Positions 36,776-55,128 are shown, counted from the stretch's first letter. The stretch: DNA of 64,000 nt from the human T2T-CHM13v2.0 reference genome, Homo sapiens (GCF_009914755.1 NC_060926.1); one strand, 5' to 3'. Translations and numbers: made by a program. The notes: generated by a model from the sequence alone, not told the origin.

Positions 36776-38426
36776 AAAACCTAAATCAGTCTTCTGAGTT
36801 TTTACCATAGGAACTAGAGAAAGAGAGTAAATTAAATCTTAAGTAAACAGAAGAAAATAATAAAAATTAGAGGAGGAATCAATAAAATGAAAACAATAGA
36901 GAAAATCAATGAAAGCAAAAACGAGTTCTAAGAAAAGATCAATAAAATTGATAAATCCCTAGTCAGGCTAATCAAGAAAGAAAGAAAGAGAAAAGAAACA
37001 AATTACTAATATTGGAAATGAAAAAGGGTCCATAACTACTGATCCCATGGATATTAAAAGGATAAAAAGGAATACTATAAATGGCTCTATGTCCACAAAT
37101 TTGATAACTGAGATGAAATGGACAAATTCCTTGAAAGCCACAATCTACCAAAACTCACACAAGAAAAAATAGGTAATCTGAACAAGCCTATATCTATTAA
37201 AAAATTAAATCAATAATTAATAACCTTCCAAATAAGAAAGCAGTAAGCCCAGGTGACTACACTGGTGAATTCTACCAAATGTTTAAAGAAGAAATGATGC
37301 TAAAGCTACTAAATAAATTCAGCAAAGTTACAGAGTATAAGATCAATAACAAAAAAATTGGTTGTGTTTCTTTATAAAGAAATGAACAATCTAAAAAGGA
37401 AATCAAGAATTCCACTTATAAGAGCATCAGAAAGAATAAAATACCTAGGAATACATTTAACCAAGGAGGTGAAAGACTTGTACATTGAAAACTAAAAATC
37501 ATTACTGAAAGAAATTGAAGGAGGGAGGAGCCAAGATGGCCGAACAGGAACAGCTCTGGTCTACAGCTCCCAGCCTGAGCGACGCAGAAGACGGGTGATT
37601 TCTGCATTTCCATCTGAGGTACCGGGTTCATCTCACTAGGGAGTGCCAGACAGGGGGCGCAGGTCAGTGGGTGCACGCACCATGTGCGAACCGAAGCAGG
37701 GCGAGGCACTGCCTCCCTCGGGAAGCGCAAGGGGTCAGGGAGTTCCCTTTCCTAATCAAAGAAAGGGGTGACAGACGGCACCTGGAGAATCGGGTCACTC
37801 CCACCCGAATACTGCGCTTTTCTGACGGGCTTAAAAAAAGGCGCACCACGAGATTATATCCCGCACCTGGCTCGGAGGGTCCTACCCCACAGAGTCTCCC
37901 TGATTGCTAGCACAGTAGTCTGAGATCAAACTGCAAGGCGGCAGCCAGGCTGGGGGAGGGGCTCCCACCATTGCCCAGGCTTGCTTAGGTAAACAAAGCA
38001 GCCTGGAAGCTCGAACTGGATGGAGCCCACCACAGCTCAAGGAGGCCTGCCTGCCTCTGTAGGCTCCACCTCTGGGGGCAGGGCACAGACAAACAAAAAG
38101 ACAGCAGTAACCTCTGCAGACTTAAATGTCCCTGTCTGACAGCTTTGAAGAGAGCAGTGGTTCTCCCAGTACGCAGCTGGAGATCTGAGAACTGGCAGAC
38201 CGCCTCCTCAAGTGGGTCCCTGACCCCTGACCCCCGACCAGCCTAACTGGGAGGCACCCTCCAGCAGGGGCACACTGACACCTCACACTGCAGGGTACTC
38301 CAACAGACCTGCAGCTGAGGGTCCTGTCTGTTAGAAGGAAAACTAACAAACAGAAATGACATCCACACCAAAAACCCATCTGTACATCACCATCATCAAA
38401 GACCAAAAGTAGATAAAACCACGAAG

Positions 38427-39443
38427 AGGGGGAAAAAACAGAACAGAAAAACTGGAAACTCTAAAAATCAGAGCACCTCTCCTCCTCCAAAGGAACCCAG
38501 CTCCTTACCAGCAATGGAACAAAGCTGGATGGAGAATGACTTTGACGAGCTGAGAGAAGAAGGCTTCAGACGATCAAATTACTCTGAGCTACGGGAGGAC
38601 ATTCAAACCAAAGGCAAAGAAGTTGAAAACTTTGAAAAAAATTTAGAAGAATGTATAACTAGAATAACCAATACAGAGAAGTGCTTAAAGGAGCTGATGG
38701 AGCTGAAAACCAAGGCTCGAGAACTACGTGAAGAATGCAGAAGCCTCAGGAGCCGATGCGATCAACTGGAAGAAAGGGTATCAGCAATGGAAGATGAAAT
38801 CAATGAAATGAAGTGAGAAGGAAAGTTTAGAGAAAAAAGAATAAAAAGAAATGAGCAAAGCCTCCAAGAAATATGGGACTATGTGAAAAGACCAAATCTA
38901 CATCTGATTGGTGTACCTGAAAGTGATGGGGAGAATGGAACCAAGTTGGAAAACACTCTGCAGGATATTATCCAGGAGAATTTCCCCAATCTAGCAAGGC
39001 AGGCCAACGTTCAGATTCAGGAAATACAGAGAATGCCACAAAGATACTCCTCGAGAAGAGCAACTCCAAAACACATAATTGTCAGATTCACCAAAGTTGA
39101 AACGAAGGAAAAAATGTTAAGGGCAGCCAGAGAGAAAGGTCGGGTTACCCTCAAAGGGAAGCCCATCAGACTAACAGTGGATCTCTCGGCAGAAACCCTA
39201 CGAGCCAGAAGAGAGTGGGGGCCAATAGTCAACATTCTTAAAGAAAAGAATTTTCAACCCAGAATTTCATATCCAGCCAAACTAAGCTTCATAAGTGAAG
39301 GAGAAATAAAATACTTTACAGACAAGCAAATGCTGAGAGATTTTGTCACCACCAGGCCTGCCCTAAAAGAGCTCCTGAAGGAAGCACTAAACATGGAAAG
39401 GAACAACCAGTACCAGCCGCTGCAAAATCATGCCAAAATGTAA
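38427..39443 (+). pseudogene. L1 ORF1 (RNA-binding protein), inactivated
   Basis: 1017 nt = 338 codons plus stop. Start ATG reads AGG at 38427; in-frame TGA at 38814-38816 (CGA>TGA). Confidence 0.9.
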
Positions 39444-39479
39444 CGACCATCGAGACTAGGAAGAAACTGCATCAACTAA

Positions 39480-43333
<3,854 letters not shown>

Positions 43334-44379
43334 ACAGTGAGATCACATGGACACAGGAAGGGGAACATCAAACTCTGGGGACTGTTGTGGGGTGGGGGGA
43401 GGGGGGAGGGATAGCATTGGGAGATATACCTAATGCTAGATGACGAGTTAGTGGGTGCAGCACACCAGCATGGCACATGTATACGTATGTAACTAACCTG
43501 CACAATGTGCACATGTACCCTAAAACTTAAAGTATAATAATAAAAAATAAATAATAAAAAAAAGAAATTGAAGAAGACCTAAATAAATGGAAAGAGAACC
43601 CACGTTTATGAGTTGGAAGACTTAGTGTTGTTAAAAAGCAATACTGTCTAAAGTAATCCACAGATTCAATGTAATCAATATAAAAATTTTATTTCACAGG
43701 CTTTTTGACAGAAATTGAAGAGATAATCCTCATATTTATGTGGACTTGTAAGGGGATCATAATAGTCAAAACAATCTTGAAAAAGAACAAATTCGGAGGA
43801 CTCACACTTCTAAACTTCAAAACTTACTACAAAGCAACAGTAATCAAAATGGTGTATTGACATAAGGATAGACATATAGGGTAATAGCCTAGAATTGAGA
43901 GTTCAGAAATGTACCTATATGTCTATGGCCAATTGATTTTCAACAATGGTGTCAGGACCATTCAATTAGGAAAGAATAGTCTCAAACTAGTGGAACTAGA
44001 AGTACTAGATATTCACATGTAAAAGAATAAAATTGAATTATTACCTTTCATACCATATAAAAATTAACTCAAAATGTATCAGTGATCTCAATGTAAAAGC
44101 TAAAACTATAAAATTTTTAGAAGAATTTTGTAAGTAAATTTTCATCACCTTGAATTTGGCAATAGTTTTTTAGATACGACACCAGTAGCATAAGCAACAA
44201 CAACAACAAACAGATAAATTGGACTTCATCAAAATTAAGACTTTTGTGTACAAAGGACATTATCAAAGAAGTAAAAAGAAAATCCTTAGAATGGGAGAAA
44301 ATGTTTGCAAATGATATATCTGATAAGCATCTAGTATTCAGAATATACAAAGAGCTCTTTCAACTTAACAATAGAAAGG

Positions 44380-44820
<441 letters not shown>

Positions 44821-44895
44821 TCAAATGATTAGTCTTAGAAAAATGCAAATCAAAAGTACAATGAGATGTCACTTCACACCCACTAGGATAGCTAT

Positions 44896-44926
<31 letters not shown>

Positions 44927-44929
44927 GGA

Positions 44930-45240
<311 letters not shown>

Positions 45241-45579
45241 GAAAAATAACAATTGTTGGCAAGAACATGGAGAAAATTGGAATCCATGTACATAGCTGAT
45301 GATAATATAAAATGGTACAGCTGCTTTAAAAAAAAAACATGTTGGCATTTCCTCAAAAAGTCAAACACAGAATTACCATATGACCAAGAAATTATGCTCC
45401 TAGGCATATATCCACAGGAATTAAAGCATATGTCCACACAAAAGCAAGCACACGCATATTAACAGCAGCAGTATTCACAATAGCCAAAAGACAGAAACAA
45501 TCCAAGTGTCCATTTACTGGTGAATGGATGAACAAAATGTACTATATCCATATGAAGGAGTATTGATACATAGTACAAA

Positions 45580-45710
45580 AGAGAGAGAGAGAAAGAAAGA
45601 GAGAGAGGAAGGAAGGAAGGAAGGAAGGAAGGAAAAAAGAGAAGGGGAGGGGAGTGGAGGGGAGGGGAGGGGAGGGGAGGGAAGGGAAGGGAAGGGAATG
45701 GAAGGGAAGT
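45580..45710. repeat. Purine-rich (GA)n/(GGAA)n/(GGGGA)n tract
   Basis: Directly visible. Confidence 0.9.
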
Positions 45711-45965
45711 GAGACCAATACATGCTACAACATTGGTGAACCTCTAAGACATGCTAAGTGAAAGTGAAACGCCAAAGGTCACATAATGGATGATTCCACT
45801 TACATGAAATATGTAGAATAGGTAAAATCTTAGTAATAAAGAGCAGAATGGTGCTTGCCAGGGGCTGGGGGAAGGGTGAATAAGGAGTCACTATGTAGTG
45901 GGCACAGGGTTTTCTTTTGGGCTGATGGAAAGGTTTTGGATCTAGATAGAGGTGATGGTTGCACA

Positions 45966-46414
45966 TGTGAAAGGTGATCATATGAATTGGGTCATTCTTG
46001 TCATACTCAACAAAAACGGATTTCAGAGGTCAGGGAGGAAAACCACTCGGCACAAAACATTGCCCCAAAAATGTAATTCCCTGCAAGTCTGCAAGCTGAA
46101 ACTGCCTACCATAACCTGAAACCAGTTTTAGCTATTGGCTACTGAAACAACCTGCTGCAACTCTGAGACTAGTTTTGCCCACGACTGTCACTTGCTAATC
46201 AGAGCTTACCAACTCCTCAAAACCTTACTAGTGGCAATGAAATTTATCAAACAGCAATACATATTCTCCTTTTTATAAAACCTCTAACTTTCTCTTTGTT
46301 TTTCAGACATACTGAAGACCAGCCAGTCTGCATTTATGCCCTGAATTGCAGTACTTTCCTCCCATATAAAACATTTTAATTTCAGAAGTTCATTTCTATA
46401 TTGAACTTTTCACA
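45966..46414 (+). mobile_element. ERV1-class solo LTR (MER72-like) inserted in the L1M 3' end
   Basis: Inverted termini TGTGAAA...TTTCACA and 4-bp TSD CACA/CGCA. It splits a continuous L1M 3'UTR motif. Family name tentative. Confidence 0.7.
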
Positions 46415-46554
46415 CGCAGCACTGTGAATGTACTAAATGCCACTGAATTTTACACTTTAAAATGGTTAATTTTATGTTATATGAATTTTGTCTCTTCAAA
46501 ATTTTTTTTTAACTTTTGACATTTTAAAAAGAACAAAATGTTACACAAAAAACG

Positions 46555-46900
46555 TAAGCAGATCTCATGAAGGTAGAGAATAGAATGATGGTTACCAGAG
46601 GCTAGGAGGGTAAGAAGGAAGAAGGAGGTAAAGAGAGGTTGGCTAATGGGTACAAAAATACAGTTAGATTGAAGGAATAAGCCTTAGTGTTTGATAGTAG
46701 AGTGACTATAGTTAATTATTATATATTTCAAAATAACTAAAAGTAAAGATTTTTAATGTCATCAACACAAAGAAATCACAACTGTTTGAGGTGACGGATA
46801 TCTCAATTACCAAGACTTCATCATTATACAGTGTAGAAATGTACCAAAATATCACATGTACCCCATAAATATGTGCAATTATTATGTATCATTTAAAATA
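46555..46900 (+). mobile_element. L1MA-type 3' end
   Basis: GATCTCATGAAGGTAGAGAATAGAATGATGGTTACCAGAGG...CACATGTACCCCATAAATATG. Confidence 0.7.
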
Positions 46901-47775
46901 TTTTATTTAACATAATTATATAATATTAAGATTGAGGGCTATAAATGCATATAGCAAGTTTTGGATTTTCTGCAAATAAAAACAAAAACGGGGATAAAAT
47001 GGAAAATTTTCTTTAAAATGTTACCAAAATTGTCCCAAGAAAATCTTATCATCATCTGCCTCATCATCACTATTATCACTGCCACCATCATGGAAAATAT
47101 TGAATAATTTCTCAAGTATGTACCCAAAAGAATAGATGAATATGCCAATTTGTTTATTTAGTTGCCTGTAGAAATTTGGATGTTTCCAATTTTTGACTAC
47201 TATATATAAACCTGCTATAAATATTTATGTACAAGTTTTTGGGTAGACATGTATTTTCATTTCTCTAGGTATTTACCTAGGGTTTTCCAGTTAATTTCAC
47301 CTTCTTATTTATATCTTTCTGTATATTTTCAATTTTCAATTTTTTATAATAAAATATGTTATTTTTATTATTGGAGAAATTTTTATATTTTTGCAATTAT
47401 GTAAAATAGACCTTTTTTTTTTTTTTTTTTAAATAGACCTATTCTTAAAGGAAAAAAAAAACACATGCCATTGCTGTACTGGAATCATGGACCTAAGTTG
47501 TCTCCAATTATTCTTCTTGAACAGTCCTTTCCTTCCTTATCCTTCCAAATTATACTCTAAGACACATTACACACTTAATTATATTATTGTTCCCAGTTAT
47601 TTGCTGTTTCTCTCTGTAAGAGGACTGTACTTCTATGCCTCCTAAAGCCAGACTTGTATGCAATTAGGTTAGACTAATAAACTGTGAACAGTTTTGTGTG
47701 CCATTTCTGAGTAGAAGTATTAAGAACTAATGAGTGAGTCTATCATTGCTCTTTCCATAAATAGGGGTTGCATCG

Positions 47776-48153
47776 TGATATGGTTTGGCTGTGCCCTCAC
47801 CCAAATCTCATCTTGAATTGTAGTTCCCATAATTCCCACATGTCATGGGAGGGACCTGGTGGGAGATGATTGAATCATGGGGGCAGTTACCCCCAAGCTG
47901 CTGTTCCTGTGATAGTGAGAGAGTTCTCACAAGAGCTGATGGTTTTTAAGTGGCTTTTCCCCCTTTTTGTCGGCACTTCTCTTTGCTGCCACCATGTGAG
48001 GAAGGATGTGTTTGCATCCCCTTACGCTGTGATTGTAAGTTTTCTGAAGCCTCCCCAGCCATGGTGAACTGTGAGTCAATTAAACCTCTTTCCTTTATAA
48101 ATTAGCCAGTTTCGGGTATGTCTTTATTAGGAGCATGAGAACGGACTAATAAA
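47776..48153 (+). mobile_element. THE1D/MSTA-like solo LTR inserted in an older MLT1-like LTR fragment
   Basis: TGATATGGTTTGGCTGTG...ATTAAACCTCTTTCC...GGACTAATA. Confidence 0.8.
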
Positions 48154-48302
48154 CTCCTTCAGCCTGGATTCTAAAATAAAGGAAACACACAAACCTGAAC
48201 TGCAGTTACCATGCAGCCAACATGGTACAATAAAATCTGTTATTTGTAAGCCATTGCTATTTTGGGGTTATTTGTTACCCTAGCATTACCTAATAAAAGC
48301 TA

Positions 48303-50574
48303 TGCATTAGTCCATTTTTACATTGCTGATAAAGACATACCCCAGACTGGGGAATTTACAAAGGAAAGAGGTTTAATGGAGTACTCACAGTTACACGTGA
48401 CTGGGGAAGCCTCACAATCATAGCAGAAGGCAAGGAGGAGCAAGTCACATCTTACGTGGATAGTGCCAGGCAAAGAGGGCTTGTGTACGGAAACTCCCAT
48501 TTTTAAAACCATCAGATCTCATGAGACTTATTCACCATCATGAGAACAGCACAGGGAAGACCTAACCCCATGATTCAATTGCTTCCCACCAGGTCTCTCC
48601 CACAGCATGTGGGAATTCAAGATGAGATTTGGGTGGGGACACATCCAAACCATATTATTCCACTTCTGGCCCCTCCCAAATCTCATGTCCTTATATTGAA
48701 AACCAATCATGCCTTCCCAACAGTCCCCAAAGTCTTAACTCATTTCAGCATTAACTCAAAAGTCCACAGTCTAAAGTCTCATCCAAGACAAGGTGAGTCC
48801 CTTCTGCCTATGAGCCTGTAAAATCAAAAGCAGTTAATTACTTCCTAGATACAATGGGAGTACAGGCATTGGGTTAAATACAGCCATTCCAAATAGGATA
48901 AATTGGCCAAAATAAAGGGGCTACAGGCCCCATGAAAGTCCGAAATCTAGCAGAGTAGTCAAATCTTAAAGCTTCAAAATGATCTTTTTTGACTCCATGT
49001 CTCAAATCTGGGTCATGCTGATGCAAGAGGTGAGTTCCCATGGACTTAGGCAGATCTGCCCCTGTGGCTTCACAGGGTACAACCTCCCTCCTGGCTGCTT
49101 TCACTGGTTGGCATTGATTGTCTGTGGCTTTTCCAGCTTCTATTTGCAAGCTGTCAGTGGATCTACCATTCTGGAGTCTCGAGGACAGTGGGCCTCTTCT
49201 CACAGCTCCACTAGGCAATGTCCCAGTAGGTATTCTGTTTGTGGGCTCCAACCCCACATTTCCCTTCTGCACTGCCCTAGCAGTGACCTCCATGAGGGCC
49301 CTGCCCCTGCGGCAAATTTCTGCATGGGCATCCAGACATTTCCATACATCTGCTGAAGTCTAGGAAGAGGGTCTGAAAGCCCAGTTTTTGACTTCTGTGT
49401 ACCCACAGGCTTGACACCATGTGGAAGCTGCCAAGGTTTCAGGTTTGCACCTTCTGAAGCTACAGCCCAAGCTCTGTGTTGGTCCCTTTCAGCCATGGCT
49501 GGAGTGGCTCGGTTGCAGGGCACCAAGTCCCTAGGCTGCACACAGCACATTGACCCTGGGCCTGGCCCCCGAAACCACTTTTTCCTCCTAGGCCTCCAGG
49601 CCTGTGATGGGAGGGGCTGCTGTGAAGACCTCTGACATGCCCTGGAGACATTTTCATCATTTTCTTGGGGATTAGCTCCTCGTTACTTATGCAAATTTCT
49701 GCAGCCAACTTGAATCTCTTCTCAGAAAATGGGATTTTCTTTTCTGTGGCATTGTCAACCTGCAAATTTTCCAAACTTTTATGCTCTGCTTCCCTTATAA
49801 AACTGAATGCCTTTAACAGCACCCAGTCACCTCTTGAATGCTTTGCTGCTTAAAAATTTCTTCCACCATATGCCCTAAATCATCTATCTCAAGTTCAAAG
49901 TTCCACAAATCTATAGGGCAGGGGCAAAATGTCAGCAGTCTCTTTGCTCAAACGTAACAAAAGTCATCTTTGCTCCAGTTCCCAACAAGTTCCTCATTTC
50001 CATCTGAGACCACATCAGCCTGGACTTTACTGTCCATATCTCTATCAGCATTTTGGGCAAAGCCATTCAACTAGTTTCTAGGAAGTTCCAAACTGTCCCA
50101 CATTTTCCTGTCTTCTGAGCCCTCCAAACGGTTCCAACCCCTGTCTATTACCCAGTTCCAAAGTCACTTCCACATTTCAGGTATCTTTTCAGCAGCATCC
50201 CGCTCTACGGGTACCAATTTACTGTATTAGTCCATTTTCATGCTGCTGATTAAGACATAACTGAGACAGGGAAATTTAAAAGAGATTTAATGGAGAACTC
50301 ACAGTTCCACCTGTTCGGAGAAGCCTCGCAATCAAGGCAGAAGGCAAGGAGGACCAAGTCACATCTTACATGGATAGCAGCAGGCAAAAAGAGTGCTTGT
50401 TGTAGGGAAACTCCAATTTTTAAAACCATCAGATCTCATAAGACTTATTCACTATCATGAGAACAGCACGGGAAAGACCTGCTCCCATGATTCAATTATC
50501 TCCCACCAGGTCCCTCCCACAACACATGGGAATTCAAAATGAGATTTGGGTGAGGACACAACCACACCATATCA
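48303..50574 (-). mobile_element. Complete THE1 (ERVL-MaLR, THE1A/B-like) provirus: LTR 48303-48657, internal 48658-50222, LTR 50223-50574
   Basis: Two homologous LTRs of about 350 bp (reverse complement of TGATATGG...CTAATACA) around a THE1-int sequence. 5-bp TSD AGCTA/AGCTG. Confidence 0.9.
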
Positions 50575-51128
50575 AGCTGACATATACATTTACACATGTA
50601 AAGTCCTTTATTGGCACATTATGTCACCAAGGTTCTCTTATACTTAATAAAGAAATAAAATTTATAATGCAACAAAACAAAAAATCTAGATTATAGACTG
50701 ATAATTTCAGAGCTAACTCAAAAAAAGTCTCAGGAAGATTGGGTAGAAACAGCAATGAATATCCACTAAGAGATAGATGAGTATGTGCCAGCTCTGTTCT
50801 CTTTGCTATTTAGAATAAACAGACAACTGAGTGTCTAAATTGGCAGGAGAGTTTGACCAAAAGTGTATATTTTCTTACCTAGCTATTTAAGAGCATAATA
50901 ACTGGACATTTGATTCTTGTGTGACAAGTTTTAGACCATAGTAAGGGCTGGTTAATTTTGTATTGTGCATATTTTTCATTTTATACTTTTTAACATTAAA
51001 ATAGGTTAACCTGGCCTCAATCTCCACTTATGATGGTGTTAGTTCAAGAATATATAAGATGAAAACATTATATTAAAAGTTTTAGATTCTAACTTTTTTC
51101 CTATGACAATGAGTGTGGTAAGAACTGA

Positions 51129-51449
<321 letters not shown>

Positions 51450-53569
51450 AAAATTGGAAAATTCTATGGCAGTGATAGAGGGAAGAATAAGAAATAACAG
51501 ACTATGAATTCATTCTAGGGAAAACCAGGTAAACATGTAACTTCCCAGTAATATTTCTCAGATTTGGCACAAAGGTGCTAAAATAAATCCAAAAATGGGC
51601 TATTTCTATATCTAATAGGGTTGCCTTTGGAACCTGTTAGGCTTGTTAAACACATAAAATAAGCTCCTCTTAATATTTTTATTTTCCTACTCAAATGACA
51701 CTTTATAAATCAGTGATATAAAGGCTTTAGGGAGAGCAACTTAGCTATGATTATGGCTTCCAATATTTCGTTGGGACTCTCCCATGACCTCCACTGTGAA
51801 CAGCAAAATGTTCTATTCATTGCGGATCCAAGGCCAGAACATTCTTGCAGAACCCTCTGGATTTAATTTGATACAAATTACACTTGGTATTTTCTCGAAG
51901 AAAGTCAGCAGACATTCTGCTTTGGGAATCTGTAGAAAACTGTCTGATTCAAATTTCCTTGGAATTTTAGATCGCTCTTAAGCTGCTGGGATCAGAGGCC
52001 AGGTATGGCCCAATGCTTCCCAAGACCTATCAAATACCATCTGAAATACTGAAGGAGACAGGGACTCAAACAGAATGAACTAGACATGATTAATAGAACA
52101 GGGATATTTCTAGCAAATCCAAAATCTCAGGAGTGACCAGTTAAAGTGTGCCTCCTATGAGATTCTTGAAATAGAACATGATCTTGAACCCAAAGGCAGA
52201 ATGTACCCTGGCAGTTTTTTGATGTGGAGAAATTGGGTCTCCGTGATACTTCTTCAGCCTTGGTAAAGGTGTTAGGAAGGCCTTGTGGTTCTTTTAGTGG
52301 TCCAGCTTTCTGTTTGCCCATGTGCCACATCATCCTGTGGGCCAGGCCTTCCCTTCTGAATCTGGTGATTGCTCATATGCTGTCAGCACTCAGGAAATAC
52401 TATTTTATTTTATTGTCCATTGCTGAGCCTCCATGGAGGCTACTTCTTTCTTTTCTCTTCCCCTAAGGAGCAGTATGTATCAGTTAGTCAGCCTGAAACA
52501 CAAACACAAGTGAGGTACTAATGGAGACAGCTACAGGGCATGATACCCCAGCATGCCAATGATAATGATTTCAGATCTGGGAAGGAGACACAGAGGCCTA
52601 AGTTGTCTCACTCACATTTACAGCTCCAGCACCTGTCACTGGTTCTCAGACATTTTTAGTTGTCACGTGTGTGTAGTAGTGATTGGAGGGGCTTGAGGAA
52701 GGATTGTCCCACCAAATAGCATCCCTATTAGACCAGACCAGAATTTGCCTCCTCATTCCCCAGAATGCCATGATTCCCAGTTTTCCAATGGTGGGAAAAC
52801 CATTGATAACACCCTCGAAGTCTTCTCTCTCTCACTTCCTGTTTAGAGCTATACAATTCTTTTAGCAATTTCATAAGATGTGTATACTATGGAATTTAAA
52901 TCAGGCAAACTTGAGGATAGGATTTTGAACACTTAAAATGAGCCTGGTGCTCCAGCCTTTAACCCGTCCCCCCTCAAGTGGTCTCTCTCTATTGCTGTCG
53001 GCTGTAGATGGATTTCTTGTCTAAATGAAGAGAAGCAGCTCTTCCCCATGGATGATCATCAAAAACCATAAGGTATGGAAAGACAACTTCATATCTGAAA
53101 ATGCACTTAAAAGCAAGAGAAATCTCATTTTTGCATGTCTTATTTATAAATTCAGCAATAATATTGCAATATAATTAAGAATATTTGTATGTATATTGAT
53201 TTCTAGTTTAAAAATTTATACAGTATTCTACAGCACTTAGAACATTCTCAATCAACAGGGAGCTGTAGAAAGTACTTCACTAGAATGGAAAGAGTGCTCC
53301 TTATCCTCTATTAAAGCTAAAACCAAACTGTCACTTGTTCAAATAAAATAATACTCTTAATGACCCTTACAGTTCAGGGAAGATAATACCAAATGGAAGC
53401 TGAAGTTATTAATGAATGTATTCACTCAGTCATTGTCTCAGTTATTCAGCAAGCATTTTTCAAATATCTCTTAAGTATAATAGTACATATTGTGGTAACA
53501 AATATAAAAGATTGAGGAGGAATCTAGCTATTGTATTGTTTTCATTTCCTCCATGCTTCAGTTTTTTTT

Positions 53570-54990
53570 CTTAATACCTATCCACTTCTCTACTCACTCC
53601 TGAATGGTTTCTGTCCCCATCATCTTACTGAAATATTCTTGTATAGGTCTATATGACCTCATTTTGGTCAACGCCAGTAATCTTTATTTAATTATCTCTT
53701 CATAATTAATACTGTTGCATGGTCCATTAAAATTTTTTTTTCTTCCACTGACTACCAGTGCACTCTGATTTTTCTTCTGTTTTCTGCACTCTTTTACAGA
53801 TTCACTTTCTCTTCCTATTTTTAAACATCTAGGTGTTTCAGGATATCACGGTCTTTGATGTCTTCTTCTCAAGCAAGTGTCAATGGTGGGTCTGAGAAGC
53901 ATATATCAAAATCATTTGGGCAACTTTTTCAAAGTAGAGTTAACTTACTCCAGAAATGTTAATGTGTATTTAACATTAAATACACATTAATATTAAATAC
54001 ATTATGTGAGAGCTGAGGACAAGTGATTCTAAAATTTGAATAGACTCACAGCAAATCGTGAACATTGATTGGATTGCATCTCTGTACAGTCCAATAGGAA
54101 TGGTGGAGAAAGTGTAGCGGTCATTATTCAACACCCTCTTTCCAAGTGAACACATGAGCTCTTAAATCTGCAACCACTGTCTACTAACTTATTTCTCCTG
54201 ATTTTCCGTATTGAAAAGCTCCATTCAAATTTTCCACAACTACCTCAAATTCAAACCATCTACAAATAGATCATGTCTTCTTTATTTACACTGAAACTCA
54301 CCTGGCTGTCAGGAGCAAAAACACAGAAGGGTATCTTCATTCTCTCCTGTGCATCTCCTCCAGCTCCAAGATTTAATCAGTCACCAAGGCCCACTGAGTC
54401 AACTCCTACATATCATTTGAACCCTTTCCTTTCTCTATTTCCATCCCCATACCTCAGTTTCGTCTTTCAACGCTTCTCACCCGAATTCCTACAACAGCCT
54501 TTCAACTTGTTCTCCTGCCTCTAGGTTCACCCTCACCCAATCCATTCTCTACCCGTATGCCATATAGAACTTTCTAAATCAGAAGTATGAGCATGTCACT
54601 CAGCAACTCACGAATCTTTCCATGCTGCCAATTGATTTTAAGATAAAAAATAAAATTCCAAGCATACCAAATAAGATCCTCAGTGCTTGATTCTTTTTTT
54701 AGTCTTATCCCTGTTGGCTGACTCCCTAACACTGTTCTCTAGCCTTCTGAAATTTTTGTGGTTCCCTGACACTCCTATGGTCTATCATCTATTTCTCAGC
54801 CTAGAATACCCTTCCTTTTGGCCTCTCACTCTCCTCTCTTTCTCCCGTGACTCACCTATCCTTGAACAACTCTTCATCATCCTTCGCAACACTATTCAGA
54901 AGTTGTCTCAGCAAACCTTCCCTGACCCTCATCCTCCCCTCTTACTTGGGGCAAGGGTATTAGCCCCTTTAAAGCACTTTCCACCATCAT
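53570..54990. mobile_element. Degenerate L2 fragments
   Basis: Pyrimidine-rich sequence with L2-like motifs (CTCAAATTCAAACCATC, CATGTCACTC). Boundaries approximate. Confidence 0.5.
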
Positions 54991-55128
54991 AGTCATTATT
55001 ATAGTGCATTTATTTTTTGCTTTTCTGATTATAAAAGTAATGTAAGTTCATATTTTAAAATGGAGAAATAGAAGAAAATCATAAAAAATAAAAATTGCTC
55101 ATGATTCCACTGCTCAGAGATTCATCAC

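Noticed and set aside
43388-43410. G-quadruplex motif GGGGTGGGGGGAGGGGGGAGGG
   Set aside because: A standard feature of young L1 3'UTRs, not specific to this locus.
48874-49853. Cluster of 60-140 aa ORFs
   Set aside because: Remnants of the THE1 internal region, fragmented by stops and frameshifts.
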